DNA of 64,000 nt, taken from positions 10,354-74,353 of the forward strand of contig CAMGMU010000001.1 in the NCBI GenBank assembly GCA_946059305.1, read 5' to 3'. Position numbers and translations under genes: made by a program. Below, piece after piece: positions 54,785 to 64,000 of the stretch. The notes below the pieces were generated by a model that did not search any database, was not told the DNA's origin, and saw only the letters and a list, made by a program, of their open reading frames with translations. This DNA is from an uncultured Bacteroidales bacterium. GTDB taxonomy: Bacteria > Bacteroidota > Bacteroidia > Bacteroidales > Paludibacteraceae. The stretch's first letter is position 1, and every line of letters starts with the position of its first letter.

Positions 54785-54871
54785 CGGTGAGAGGGGGATT
54801 CGAACCCCCGGTACGGGAACCCGTACGTCAGTTTAGCAAACTGGTGGTTTCAGCCACTCACCCATCTCACC
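54785..54871 (-). tRNA. tRNA-Ser (anticodon GCT), class II
   Basis: Folded by hand from the reverse complement. Acceptor GGTGAGA/TCTCACC, anticodon loop TTGCTAA, long variable arm CGTACGGGTTCCCGTACC, T arm GGGGG-TTCGAAT-CCCCC. Confidence 0.9.
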
Positions 54872-54966
54872 TTCATCACCCTTTACACATTCAGCAACAG
54901 CGGAACAACGGGCGAAAAAGTTGCGTTTGATTGACCAAACTGCACTTCCTAAACCGAAAGCGAGTG

Positions 54967-54974
54967 CAAAAGTA
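54967..54974 (-). promoter_or_regulatory. -7 box TACTTTTG (minus strand) upstream of tRNA-Ser(GCU)
   Basis: The reverse complement reads aaaaaaaagtagTACTTTTGcactc, about 95 nt from the tRNA 5' end. Confidence 0.45.
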
Positions 54975-55104
54975 CTACTTTTTTTTGATATGACCAAAAA
55001 AAAACGTAAAAAAAGCAAAAAAAATGCAATTTTAGCCTTCTTCAATCCCTTTTTCATTGAAAACCACAACCGGTAACGCCACTTTCCTAACCCACTCTGA
55101 TGGG

Positions 55105-55794
55105 CTATTCGTTCACATTAAGATTTAGCGTGAGCGCGCGCCATAGATTGTCATCGGGCACGGGGGCGGTGATGGATATGGGCTGTTTGGAAACAGGATG
55201 AACAAACGCTATCTCTCGCGCATGGAGCGAGATGCCCCCATCGGGATTCGAACGAGGAGCACCATACTTGAGGTCACCACGAATAGGCGAACCAATGGCG
55301 GCCAACTGGCATCGAATCTGATGATGACGTCCGGTGAGAAGGGTAATCTCAAGTAAGGTATAGCGGTCAGAGCGGGTAAGGGTGCGGTAGCGGAGTTTAG
55401 CCAATTTGGCATCTTTGGTACCCTCCCGAACGACATAGGACTTGTTTTCTTTTTCCTTACGGAGCAACCAATGCTCGAGATACCCTTCGGGTTCACGAGG
55501 AGGATTGGCAACAATCGCCCAATAGGTCTTATGGATGCTCTCGTGGGTTTGAAACATCGCATTGAGTCGCACCAAAGCTTTAGATGTGCGGGCAAAAAGC
55601 ACCACACCTGAAGTGGGCCTATCTAAGCGATGAGGCAAACCGAGAAACACCTCTCCCGGCTTGTTGTACTTCTGTTTAATATAGGCTTTCACCATATCCA
55701 GCAGAGGCGTATCGCCCGTTTTATCAGCCTGCACAATCTCTCTGCAGGTCTTGCTGACGGCTATAATATGATTATCTTCGTAGAGTATCTGCAT
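55105..55794 (-). CDS. RluA family pseudouridine synthase
   Basis: It has the HRLDRPTSGVVLFA catalytic motif. The ATG at 55794 (MQILYEDNHIIAVSK) is preferred. Confidence 0.85.
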   Translation of the reverse strand: MQILYEDNHIIAVSKTCREIVQADKTGDTPLLDMVKAYIKQKYNKPGEVFLGLPHRLDRPTSGVVLFARTSKALVRLNAMFQTHESIHKTYWAIVANPPREPEGYLEHWLLRKEKENKSYVVREGTKDAKLAKLRYRTLTRSDRYTLLEITLLTGRHHQIRCQLAAIGSPIRGDLKYGAPRSNPDGGISLHAREIAFVHPVSKQPISITAPVPDDNLWRALTLNLNVNE

Positions 55795-55865
55795 ACTAAC
55801 AAAAGTATTTATGGCAATTGTCCTACGCCATAAAAGAATCATTCTTCGGGAAATGTCATGAAGGC

Positions 55866-58436
55866 TTATTCGAACTCAATGATAGTGATTCCGGGACCGC
55901 CACGGTCAGGGTCGCCATCATGAAACGAAACGACCCTCTTCTGCATTCTCAGATAATCGCGTACGATCTGCTTGAGGGCTCCAGTACCTGTACCATGCAG
56001 TATACGCACTTGGGAAGCACCTACCATGATGGCATCGTCAACGTAGTTCATCACCTCCTGAAGCGCATCATCAGCTCGGAGTCCACGGATATCGAGTTCG
56101 TCGGAAAAAGCCAATTTCTTCTTGCGAAGTGAATCGGCAATGGAATTAGCCACGGCATTGGAGAAAACGGGGCGCTTAGGTTGCGTAGTGAGGGAAGAGA
56201 TTCCTTTTTTAGCTTGCGAACGAGACACATACTCCAATCGATTGAGCGCAACCTGACTCTTCATTAGTCCGAACGCCACGGTAGCCTGTTTGCCCGATAG
56301 CGCAATAATCTCGCCAATAGCCTGCTGCCCTTTGATGCGTACGAAAGCCCCTACTGATAGCGGATTCTCTTCTTTCGCAGGAGAAGCAGGTTCAGGTCGC
56401 TTTATGCGTTCCTGAGGTTTCTTCTTCAAACCCTTCTCCTTCTCCGGAGCAGCAGACGAAGGAACGGTAGACGAGGGAGCAGCAGACGAGGGGGCGGCTT
56501 CGAGGGATTGGCGAAGGGTCTGCATGCGTGCACGAGCGGCACGCGTAGCTTCTTTCTCTGCCTTTGATTCTTGAATAATACGGATAGTTCGTTCTACCTC
56601 AGCATTCGATTTTCGGAGGATATCAGCGGCCTCTTCTTTGGCTTTCTGAAGCATCTCACGACGCTGCTGACGGATTGTGGACATCTCAGCTTCGTATTGG
56701 TCGGTGAGTTCCTGAAGACGCTTCTCCTGCTCATGCACTTTCTTGCGTTTTTCTGCCCAATAACGTTTGTCGCGCTGGATATCCTGAAGCGAACGGTCAT
56801 ATAGAATCGTATCTTCTCCTATCCGTTGTTTTGCCCCCTCTATAATACTTTCAGGAAGCCCAATCTGCCGTGCAATCTCAAGCGCAAACGAGCTGCCAGG
56901 CTGCCCTACGGAGAGTTGGAAGAGCGGTCGGAGGGCCCCTCTATCGTAGAGCATCGCGCCATTGATGACGCCCGGATGAGCGTCAGCAAAATGCTTGAGG
57001 TTAGTGTAATGGGTGGTGATGATGCCGAACGCGCCGGCATTATTGAGTTGCTCTAAAATAGCCTCAGCAATGGCTCCACCAAGTAGGGGTTCAGTACCGC
57101 CACCAAACTCATCAATAAGGAAAAGGGTATGCTCGTTAGCCGTTCGAACGAACTGCTTCATGTTTTTAAGATGCGACGAATATGTAGAGAGGTCGTCTTC
57201 AATCGACTGCTCATCGCCTATGTCTATTAAGATATCATCAAATACTCCCATCACCGAATCCTCCCTTACTGGTACAGGCAAACCGCATTGAAGCATGTAT
57301 TGGAGGAGTGCAACAGTCTTGAGGCAAACGGATTTACCACCAGCATTGGGGCCGCTGATTACGAGTATGGTAGCCCCTACCCTGCCTGTCTCAGTAGCAT
57401 TTTGGAGATGGAGCGTAAGGGGCACAAGCGTGCGGTTTTGCTTCAGAAAACTGAGGTAGAGAACGGGATGACGTGCTTCACGCAAATCAATAAACGGATA
57501 GGGCTGTATTTGCGGTGATATAGCCTTGAGCGAACGTGCCAGAAGGGTCTTAGCATGAAGGAAATCTATCTCAGCGAGGTAATGCTGCGAACAGCGTATG
57601 ACGGGCGCATGCGGACGAAGCGAAGCAGCAAAAGCTTGCAGGATACGCGTTCGTTCACGTTTCTCATCTCCCTCAAGTTCGCGTATGCGGTTGTTAGCTT
57701 CCACCACCTGCTGCGGTTCTACATATACGGTCTTTCCTGTTGCTGATTCATCGTGTACGATACCGCCAATTTTTCGTTTATAAGCAGGTGGAACGGGAAT
57801 AACCAGACGTCCCTCTCGGAGGGTAGGTGCCGCATCACGATCGATGATGCCATCGGCTTGTGCCTGACGAAGAATCTGCTGTAGGGCACGATTGACGGAG
57901 CCTTGCGAGAGCCTCAGTTCACGCCTGATACGGGCAAGCTCGGGCGAAGCATTATCGCGCAATTGGCCATACTTATCGAGGATTCGATCGATATCACGAA
58001 GCACCTCTCGGAAGACTAAAGCAGTATTGGGAGTCTCCTCCATTTCATCCGGTGGCATGGGTGTCCAATCAGCGAGAAGGGGGAAACGCTGAGCGGGAAG
58101 CGAATGAAAAAAATCGAGATATTGCACCACCGCGTCAAGCGCATGACGCAAGCGAGATAGCTCTTCCTCATCGAGGAAAAGTCCCTCTATACGAATGCGC
58201 GAGAGGGAGTCACGCATATCGTGCATCTCGCATTGGGGATAGGCAAACGAAGCATCCGCCAGCAAGTCGAGCATCTCGCGAGCTTGAGCAAGAAGAAGCG
58301 TAATTGCCTCCGGATCAGTAAGAAAAGTCATCTCATCCACCAGCTCACGAGCGATGCTGAACGAGCAATACTGCCGAAGCTGCTGGCGAATAAAACTAAA
58401 GTCTGTTTTGGATTCAATATTGGCTGGATAAAGCAC
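55866..58436 (-). CDS. mutS2: Endonuclease MutS2 (MutS domain V ATPase plus C-terminal Smr)
   Basis: 856 aa with the Walker A motif GPNAGGKS and a C-terminal Smr pattern (LDIRGLRADDALQEV...ILHGTGTGAL). Confidence 0.9.
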   Translation of the reverse strand: MLYPANIESKTDFSFIRQQLRQYCSFSIARELVDEMTFLTDPEAITLLLAQAREMLDLLADASFAYPQCEMHDMRDSLSRIRIEGLFLDEEELSRLRHALDAVVQYLDFFHSLPAQRFPLLADWTPMPPDEMEETPNTALVFREVLRDIDRILDKYGQLRDNASPELARIRRELRLSQGSVNRALQQILRQAQADGIIDRDAAPTLREGRLVIPVPPAYKRKIGGIVHDESATGKTVYVEPQQVVEANNRIRELEGDEKRERTRILQAFAASLRPHAPVIRCSQHYLAEIDFLHAKTLLARSLKAISPQIQPYPFIDLREARHPVLYLSFLKQNRTLVPLTLHLQNATETGRVGATILVISGPNAGGKSVCLKTVALLQYMLQCGLPVPVREDSVMGVFDDILIDIGDEQSIEDDLSTYSSHLKNMKQFVRTANEHTLFLIDEFGGGTEPLLGGAIAEAILEQLNNAGAFGIITTHYTNLKHFADAHPGVINGAMLYDRGALRPLFQLSVGQPGSSFALEIARQIGLPESIIEGAKQRIGEDTILYDRSLQDIQRDKRYWAEKRKKVHEQEKRLQELTDQYEAEMSTIRQQRREMLQKAKEEAADILRKSNAEVERTIRIIQESKAEKEATRAARARMQTLRQSLEAAPSSAAPSSTVPSSAAPEKEKGLKKKPQERIKRPEPASPAKEENPLSVGAFVRIKGQQAIGEIIALSGKQATVAFGLMKSQVALNRLEYVSRSQAKKGISSLTTQPKRPVFSNAVANSIADSLRKKKLAFSDELDIRGLRADDALQEVMNYVDDAIMVGASQVRILHGTGTGALKQIVRDYLRMQKRVVSFHDGDPDRGGPGITIIEFE

Positions 58437-58473
58437 TGCTAATCGATGATTTAGTTAGAGAATCTATTCACCC

Positions 58474-58770
58474 TTATCCCAACAAGCGTATATCTCGGAG
58501 CACGTTGGTAGCCCCAATGGCGTTGTTGAGTTTGGCGATAATTTGATGCCTGCAATTGAAGAGTTCCTGCCGCAGTGGTGCCGATTTAACGTGTACAAAC
58601 AGCACGCCATCGCGGATATTCATTTCGCCTGTATATCGGGCCACCATTGGGCCCAAAACCTCGGGCCAGGCATCGATGATGCGGCCTTCAAAATACGGCT
58701 GCTCCAAGTGGTTCTCTTTGAGAAAATCGAGCAGCAAGTCGGATATGGCTACAGACGAAGTAGGATTCAC
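58474..58770 (-). CDS. DUF721 (DciA-like) domain protein
   Basis: 98 aa with the pattern W.EVLGPMVARYT...DGVLFVHVKSAPLRQEL. Confidence 0.7.
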   Translation of the reverse strand: MNPTSSVAISDLLLDFLKENHLEQPYFEGRIIDAWPEVLGPMVARYTGEMNIRDGVLFVHVKSAPLRQELFNCRHQIIAKLNNAIGATNVLRDIRLLG

Positions 58771-59762
58771 TTTTTCTTAGACACAGAGGATTTCTTTGAT
58801 GCAGGATTGTTTTTAGGTGCAGGGAGGTTGATATACACGCGTTGTTCGGCGTCAGGATGCGCATTATCAGAAACGCCATTGTAACGCAAGATTCGGCTAA
58901 GCTCGATATTGAACTCAGCAGCAATGCCGCTATAGGTATCACCCGGTTCGGCAATCACGTATTTACGAATGCCCTGCCTATATACCTTATGCCCAACATA
59001 CATATCTACGGAAGCCACCTGAGAGGGGTTGATCTTTCGGTCTTTAAACGATTGATCTACTTGCTCATCCGGCTCCTGCGGGACATTATTGAAGGCCTTG
59101 TTAACCGTTCGTTTTGCCTTATCTTTCTTAGAGGCTTTCTGCTTACGGCTCTTGGCCTTATCTGCTGCCTTCTTATCTTTCGTTTTAGCAGTACCTGCAG
59201 TAGCATCAGCAGCTGCCACTTCTTTCTCCACCTTCTTGGACTCCTTGGAAAAACGCACTGCATCGGCTACCGCCAGAAGGTCGTAATCTTCAATTATCTT
59301 GATTAGTTTGGGCGCATAGCCTGGGTCGGTGGCATAGCCGCATTCGCGCAATCCTCGAGCCCAACCTTTATAATCGCGGATATCGAGCGCAAAGAGCTTC
59401 TGATAGCGCGGACGAAGCAAAAACAGCGAATGGTCTTCATACGACTCTGCAGCAGATGCGTAGGAGCGAAAACATTCGTTGACCTTATCATCATCTTTAT
59501 GAAAGGTGCCTCCCGTCCAATCCGAATGACACTTGATGCCGAAGTGGTTGTTGGCTTCCGTAGCAAGAGTCGATTTTCCTGCACCCGACTCAAGGAGACC
59601 TTGAGCCAAAGTAATACAAGCGGGAATTTTATGGATAATCTCCTGATTGACAGCCACTTGCTTGTATGCCTCTATATAGGCCAAATAATCTTTATTGAGC
59701 GACTGCGCCATAACGGAAGCAGCCGTAAAACAAAGTACGAGCGTAAGAACTTTTTTCATCAT
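58767..59762 (-). CDS. Secreted N-acetylglucosaminidase-domain (FlgJ-like) peptidoglycan hydrolase with a Lys-rich linker and a C-terminal LysM domain
   Basis: The start is at MMKKVLTLV (59762), not the ORF-track 60080. It has LAQGLLESGAGKS...NNHFGIK and a LysM-like GDTYSGIAAEF segment. Confidence 0.8.
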   Translation of the reverse strand: MMKKVLTLVLCFTAASVMAQSLNKDYLAYIEAYKQVAVNQEIIHKIPACITLAQGLLESGAGKSTLATEANNHFGIKCHSDWTGGTFHKDDDKVNECFRSYASAAESYEDHSLFLLRPRYQKLFALDIRDYKGWARGLRECGYATDPGYAPKLIKIIEDYDLLAVADAVRFSKESKKVEKEVAAADATAGTAKTKDKKAADKAKSRKQKASKKDKAKRTVNKAFNNVPQEPDEQVDQSFKDRKINPSQVASVDMYVGHKVYRQGIRKYVIAEPGDTYSGIAAEFNIELSRILRYNGVSDNAHPDAEQRVYINLPAPKNNPASKKSSVSKKK

Positions 59763-59776
59763 GCAAAAATTTTCTG

Positions 59777-59784
59777 CAAAGGTA
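59777..59784 (-). promoter_or_regulatory. -7 box TACCTTTG (minus strand) just upstream of the glucosaminidase gene
   Basis: The reverse complement reads tttgcTACCTTTGcag. The resulting leader is very short. Confidence 0.45.
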
Positions 59785-59900
59785 GCAAAAAATGCTGAAA
59801 TAGGCAAGCAAAAAAACACAATAAATGCTGCAGAACGGCATCTTTGAGCATTTTTTAGTAAAAAAAACGACAAAATATTGCTTATTTCAAAAAAAAGCGC

Positions 59901-59908
59901 TACCTTTG
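59901..59908 (+). promoter_or_regulatory. -7 box TACCTTTG for the small lipoprotein gene at 59949
   Basis: aaaaaagcgcTACCTTTGcagcg. Confidence 0.5.
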
Positions 59909-59948
59909 CAGCGTTTAATGCATTCATATACAAAATAAACGTAATAAT

Positions 59949-60428
59949 ATGCGAAAAATTCTTTACATTCTTGCTGTAGCCGCATTGGCCATGGGGTTTG
60001 CCTCCTGCGAGGGTCCTCAAGGCGAACCGGGCAGAGATGGACTCGTTAACAGCAAAATCATCGACATTCAGATCAATCAAAACGAATGGTCGTATTCGGA
60101 TATCAAGAACAACAACTATTTCTATGGTGCTGTATCGGTTCCGGAATTGACCAATGACATTTACGACAACGGTATTATCAAAGTGTATCGCGAGTACAAT
60201 ACCGGTACGAACAATAAGAGCCAGGTAGAGCTCCCCTACACAAACTTTGTGGAGTACTCTGAGACGGTTAACAACGAAACGCTATGGAGCTTCTATCAGG
60301 AGCATGTATATGCTGAATATGCAGTAGGAAGCGTAACGATTTTCTACCTGGCATCTGACTTCGATTACGAGCTTAACACCTCGTTTGTCCCGGAGGCAAT
60401 GCACTTCCGCATGATCATGATGTGGTAA
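59949..60428 (+). CDS. Lipoprotein of unknown function with a short collagen-like GPQGEPGRDG segment
   Basis: 159 aa with the lipobox AMGFASC. Confidence 0.7.
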   Translation: MRKILYILAVAALAMGFASCEGPQGEPGRDGLVNSKIIDIQINQNEWSYSDIKNNNYFYGAVSVPELTNDIYDNGIIKVYREYNTGTNNKSQVELPYTNFVEYSETVNNETLWSFYQEHVYAEYAVGSVTIFYLASDFDYELNTSFVPEAMHFRMIMMW

Positions 60429-60440
60429 AGTCGTTTTCCA

Positions 60441-61631
60441 TTGACTACCAACGAGTTTATATCGATTCATAAAGCAGAGGATGTGGCCGATTTGGCCCTT
60501 CGATTAAAGCAGTATCCTGAAATAGATGCTGCTTATGCGCTTGTGCAGATAGCCGGTTGGCAAAAGGCCGTACAAAAATTGCCCGAATTAGCAAACATAA
60601 AGGGATGGATATGGCCGAAAAAGTTGAGCATGGAGCAGTGTTCCAGTGAAGAAACAGCTCGTATCAAACGGCAGATTATTGGCGATACTTACACCACAGG
60701 TGCGGACTTCACGGGAGGTGCAGGAGTCGATTCGTATTACCTGAGCGAGCGGGCTGAGACATGGCATTATGTGGAGCAGCAAGAAGACTTATGCACCATG
60801 GCAGAGCATAATTTTCGCTTGGTAGGACGTCCTATACGGGTGCATCATTGCTCGGCGGAATCGTTTGCAGAGAGCATGCCAGATGTGGATGTGGCATTCA
60901 TCGACCCTGCTCGAAGAAACGTACACGGCGGAAAAGTATTTAAACTCGAAGACTGTTCTCCCAACTTGAGCACCTTACTCCCCAGCCTGCTCCCGCATTG
61001 CAAGCGACTGCTAATCAAGCTCTCGCCAATGCTTGATATCAGCGAGGCTATGCGTCAGCTTAGTGCAGCCAATCGAGCGTATATCATAGCCGTAAGGAAC
61101 GAAGTGAAAGAGTTGCTCATTCTCTTTGACAAAGAATCAAAACGCAATAAAGAATCAGAATACACTGATAATCATCTGATTACAGCCATCAATATCATGC
61201 GCAATTCCGCTGAATCGTATTCGTTTACTGAAGCGGAAGAGGCAGCGGCAATAGCTCAATATCTCAGCCCCACAGAGCCCGTAGAGGGCTACCTCTACGA
61301 ACCGAATGCAGCCATCTTGAAAGCCGGTGCTTTTCGACTGATGAGCGAGCGATACGCAGTCCGTAAACTGGGCATAAACACCCATCTCTATCAGAGTGAT
61401 GAGTTGGTAGAAGCGTTTCCCGGAAGGATATGGAAGATTCAAGTGGTTGTAGATAAAACGAAGCAGAAGCTGCTCAGCGGACAGCAAGCCAATATTCTCA
61501 CGCGTAACTATCCCCTCAAGCCGGATGATATCCGCAAAAAACTAAAGCTTCGTGATGGAGGCGAACAATATATCATAGGTGCGAGGATTGCAGACAAAGC
61601 GGTTCTCTTATTGGCTGACAGAATCAAATAA
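60441..61631 (+). CDS. Class I SAM-dependent methyltransferase with a THUMP-like C-terminal region
   Basis: 396 aa with the DFTGGAGVD SAM-binding motif and FIDPARR. It uses a TTG start. Confidence 0.7.
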   Translation: MTTNEFISIHKAEDVADLALRLKQYPEIDAAYALVQIAGWQKAVQKLPELANIKGWIWPKKLSMEQCSSEETARIKRQIIGDTYTTGADFTGGAGVDSYYLSERAETWHYVEQQEDLCTMAEHNFRLVGRPIRVHHCSAESFAESMPDVDVAFIDPARRNVHGGKVFKLEDCSPNLSTLLPSLLPHCKRLLIKLSPMLDISEAMRQLSAANRAYIIAVRNEVKELLILFDKESKRNKESEYTDNHLITAINIMRNSAESYSFTEAEEAAAIAQYLSPTEPVEGYLYEPNAAILKAGAFRLMSERYAVRKLGINTHLYQSDELVEAFPGRIWKIQVVVDKTKQKLLSGQQANILTRNYPLKPDDIRKKLKLRDGGEQYIIGARIADKAVLLLADRIK

Positions 61632-61647
61632 TCAACCCATTTGGAAT

Positions 61648-62226
61648 ATGTTAGTAGGCATAACAGGAGGCATAGGCAGCGGCAAATCCGCCATTTCCCG
61701 GGCGCTTCGAGCACTCGGTTATCCAGTGTATGATACCGACTCAGAAGCCAAGCGCATTATTGTAGAGAACAAAGCAGTAAGGAGCCAGATAGAGTATCTG
61801 TTTGGATCAGATGTGTTTGATGGCGACCGATATCGAACCGATGTAGTAGCTCAGCAGGTGTTTGCAGACAGCGACTTACTCGACAAGCTGAATAAGGTAG
61901 TGCATCCAGCCGTGTGCTTCGATGTGAAACATTGGGCGCTGAAGCAAAACGGCACTTGCTTCGTAGAGAGTGCCATTCTTTGGGAAAGCGGGCTGGCAGA
62001 GCTTTGCGATACAGTAGTGGAAGTGACGGCACCGATGGAGGTGAGGATAGAGCGCACGATGGCGCGAGACAACGCCAGCAGAGAACAAGTACAGCAAAGA
62101 ATTGCTTCACAGACTCGAGAAACTGACATGCGCGCGCACGCGAATATTATATTGAACAACAACGGCGATTTTACACCGACACAATTGGCTGCCGAATTGT
62201 TGCATAGAATCGGCATAAATATCTAA
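61648..62226 (+). CDS. coaE: Dephospho-CoA kinase
   Basis: MLVGITGGIGSGKS P-loop. The ATG at 61648 is preferred over the ORF-track start, which overlaps the upstream gene. Confidence 0.85.
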   Translation: MLVGITGGIGSGKSAISRALRALGYPVYDTDSEAKRIIVENKAVRSQIEYLFGSDVFDGDRYRTDVVAQQVFADSDLLDKLNKVVHPAVCFDVKHWALKQNGTCFVESAILWESGLAELCDTVVEVTAPMEVRIERTMARDNASREQVQQRIASQTRETDMRAHANIILNNNGDFTPTQLAAELLHRIGINI

Positions 62227-62328
62227 AAACTGCATAAAAATGCAACAAATTCATAAAAATGGCCCCAAAAGGTCTTTTTTATGTTTAAAAACATAGTATT
62301 TACTATTGCGTATTCGGATTTTTTTTTG

Positions 62329-62336
62329 TAACTTTG
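62329..62336 (+). promoter_or_regulatory. -7 box TAACTTTG for the EF-G-like gene
   Basis: tttttgTAACTTTGcggcgg. Confidence 0.5.
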
Positions 62337-62388
62337 CGGCGGTTTTTTATTACATAGAAAATAAGTATAAACAAATAACAATACATCC

Positions 62389-64000
62389 ATGAAAACCTAT
62401 CAATCATCGGAGATTAAGAACATCTCCCTCTTGGGTGCATCGGGTTCAGGTAAAACAACCTTAATTGAATCGATGCTTTTTGAGTCTGGCGTCATACAAC
62501 GCCGTGGAACCGTAGAACAGGGTAACACCGTAAGTGACTACTTCCCAGTAGAAAAAGAGTACGGCTATTCCGTATTCCCTACCGTAGTCAACATCGAATG
62601 GTTGGGCAAGAAACTCAACATTATTGACTGCCCAGGTTCTGACGATTTCGTAGGCGGCGTCATCACTTCACTCAACGTAACCGACACGGCACTCCTGCTC
62701 GTAAGCGCACAGAATGGTGTTGAGGTTGGTACACAGACCAATTTCCGTTATACGGAGAAAACCAAGAAACCCGTAATTTTCCTGATCAACAAATTGGATC
62801 ATCAAGAGGCAGACTACGATCGTACTGTAGATGAAATTAAGTCGATTTATGGTAATAAAGCTGTTCAGATTCAGTATCCGATAGCATGCGGTCCCGGCTT
62901 TAATGCTATTATAGACGTGCTGAAAATGAAGATGTATGTATGGGGTCCTAATGGTGGTGCCCCGGAGATTAAGGAAATTCCCGAATCAGAAGCAGCTAAG
63001 GCCGATGAGCTCCACAATGCGCTCGTAGAGGCTGCTGCAGAAAACGATGAGTCGCTGATGGATAAGTACTTTGATCAAGGCGAGCTATCGGAAGACGAAA
63101 TGCGTGCAGGTATTCGAGCAGGCATGGTTCTCCGCGATGTGTATCCTATTTTCTGCGTATGCGCGGGCAAGGATATGGGTGTGCGTCGACTGATGGAGTT
63201 CCTCGGAAATATCGCTCCGGCTGTAGATGCTCTTCCTGCCCCCAAATCGCTTGATGGACATGAGGTTCCGTATTCTGATAATGCACCTACTTCCATCTAC
63301 GTTTTCAAGACTTCCGTAGAGCCGCATATTGGTGAAGTCAGCTATTTCAAGGTAATGCAAGGCGTGCTCAAAGCTGGCGATGACTTGCAGAATATGGAGC
63401 GCAATAGCAAAGAGCGCATCTCTACTCTTTTTGCAGTAGCAGGTGCTAATCGTACGCCTGTTGATGAGCTTCATGCAGGAGATATCGGTGCTACCGTAAA
63501 ACTCAAAGATACGCGTACAGGCAATACACTCAACTCTAAAGATACAGATATCCAATTCGGTAGCATCAAGTATCCTCGTCCACGTTATCGTCGCGCTATC
63601 AAGGCTGCTAACCAGTCAGAAAACGAGAAGATGATGCAGATTCTTACCCGTCAGTGTGAGGAAGATCCCACATGGCGCGTGGAGCAGTCGCGTGAATTGC
63701 ATCAGACAATCGTAAGCGGTATGGGTGAGTTCCACCTCCGTACGCTTAAGTGGCGCTTGGAGAACAACGAGAAGATTCAGGTAGTATATGAAGAGCCGAA
63801 GATTCCGTATCGCGAAACGATTACCAAGGCTGCTCGCGCAGACTATCGTCATAAAAAACAGTCTGGCGGTAGCGGTCAGTTTGGTGAAGTTCACCTGATT
63901 GTAGAGCCGTATATTGAGGGTAAAGCTCCTCAAGAAATCTACAAGTTCGGCAACCAGGAATACCGCATCACACCTCGTGATACGCAGGAAGTGGATTTGG
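62389..64000 (+). CDS. Elongation factor G family GTPase (EF-G paralog); the 3' end lies outside the window
   Basis: It starts MKTYQSSEIKNISLLGASGSGKTTL (G1) and has DCPG (G3) and NKLD (G4). The frame is open to the window end. It is absent from the ORF track because it is incomplete. Confidence 0.85.
   Translation, partial: MKTYQSSEIKNISLLGASGSGKTTLIESMLFESGVIQRRGTVEQGNTVSDYFPVEKEYGYSVFPTVVNIEWLGKKLNIIDCPGSDDFVGGVITSLNVTDTALLLVSAQNGVEVGTQTNFRYTEKTKKPVIFLINKLDHQEADYDRTVDEIKSIYGNKAVQIQYPIACGPGFNAIIDVLKMKMYVWGPNGGAPEIKEIPESEAAKADELHNALVEAAAENDESLMDKYFDQGELSEDEMRAGIRAGMVLRDVYPIFCVCAGKDMGVRRLMEFLGNIAPAVDALPAPKSLDGHEVPYSDNAPTSIYVFKTSVEPHIGEVSYFKVMQGVLKAGDDLQNMERNSKERISTLFAVAGANRTPVDELHAGDIGATVKLKDTRTGNTLNSKDTDIQFGSIKYPRPRYRRAIKAANQSENEKMMQILTRQCEEDPTWRVEQSRELHQTIVSGMGEFHLRTLKWRLENNEKIQVVYEEPKIPYRETITKAARADYRHKKQSGGSGQFGEVHLIVEPYIEGKAPQEIYKFGNQEYRITPRDTQEVDL

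Noticed and set aside
54655-54930. 91-aa plus-strand ORF
   Set aside because: It overlaps tRNA-Ser(GCU) and its terminator on the opposite strand.
59763-60080. N-terminal extension of the glucosaminidase ORF (track start 60080)
   Set aside because: The extension runs through the divergent promoter region and the start of the lipoprotein gene on the opposite strand. A canonical signal peptide begins at MMKKVL (59762).

Overview
The window looks like a chromosomal segment of a Bacteroidales-type bacterium. This is inferred from TAnnTTTG -7 promoter boxes before most operons, a complete Na+-NQR operon, a T9SS C-terminal sorting domain, and several Bacteroidota-typical DUF families. About 85% is tightly packed, mostly minus-strand housekeeping DNA: an ECF sigma factor, the lptC neighbourhood, coaX, an acyl-CoA ligase, an RNase E/G homolog, HU, pnuC, a glucokinase/MFS pair, DPP-IV, yidC, lysA, nqrABCDEF, mutS2, coaE and an EF-G paralog. 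I found no rRNA, CRISPR array, integrase or transposase. The unusual content is non-coding or accessory. (1) tRNA-Ser(GCU) at 54.8 kb is preceded by three further partial copies of its own 3' end. These bracket a roughly 4.7-kb integrase-less islet holding a 5'-truncated COG2865-like gene, a TlpA-like lipoprotein and an unknown secreted protein. The islet's outer edge is a 400-bp spacer packed with four short tandem-repeat families. (2) tRNA-Ser(CGA) at 2.8 kb is followed by about 1 kb of gene-free, repeat-dense DNA that contains a candidate ncRNA. (3) A 22-bp x 12 tandem array lies at 12.35-12.61 kb, with related repeats at 38.5 kb. (4) Two copies of an 80-bp inverted-repeat element bracket a DUF4954 gene. 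(5) A hybrid sensor kinase is split by one in-frame TAG. (6) The RNase E/G homolog carries a roughly 400-aa low-complexity tail. All functional calls rest on motif recognition by eye, and no database search was possible.
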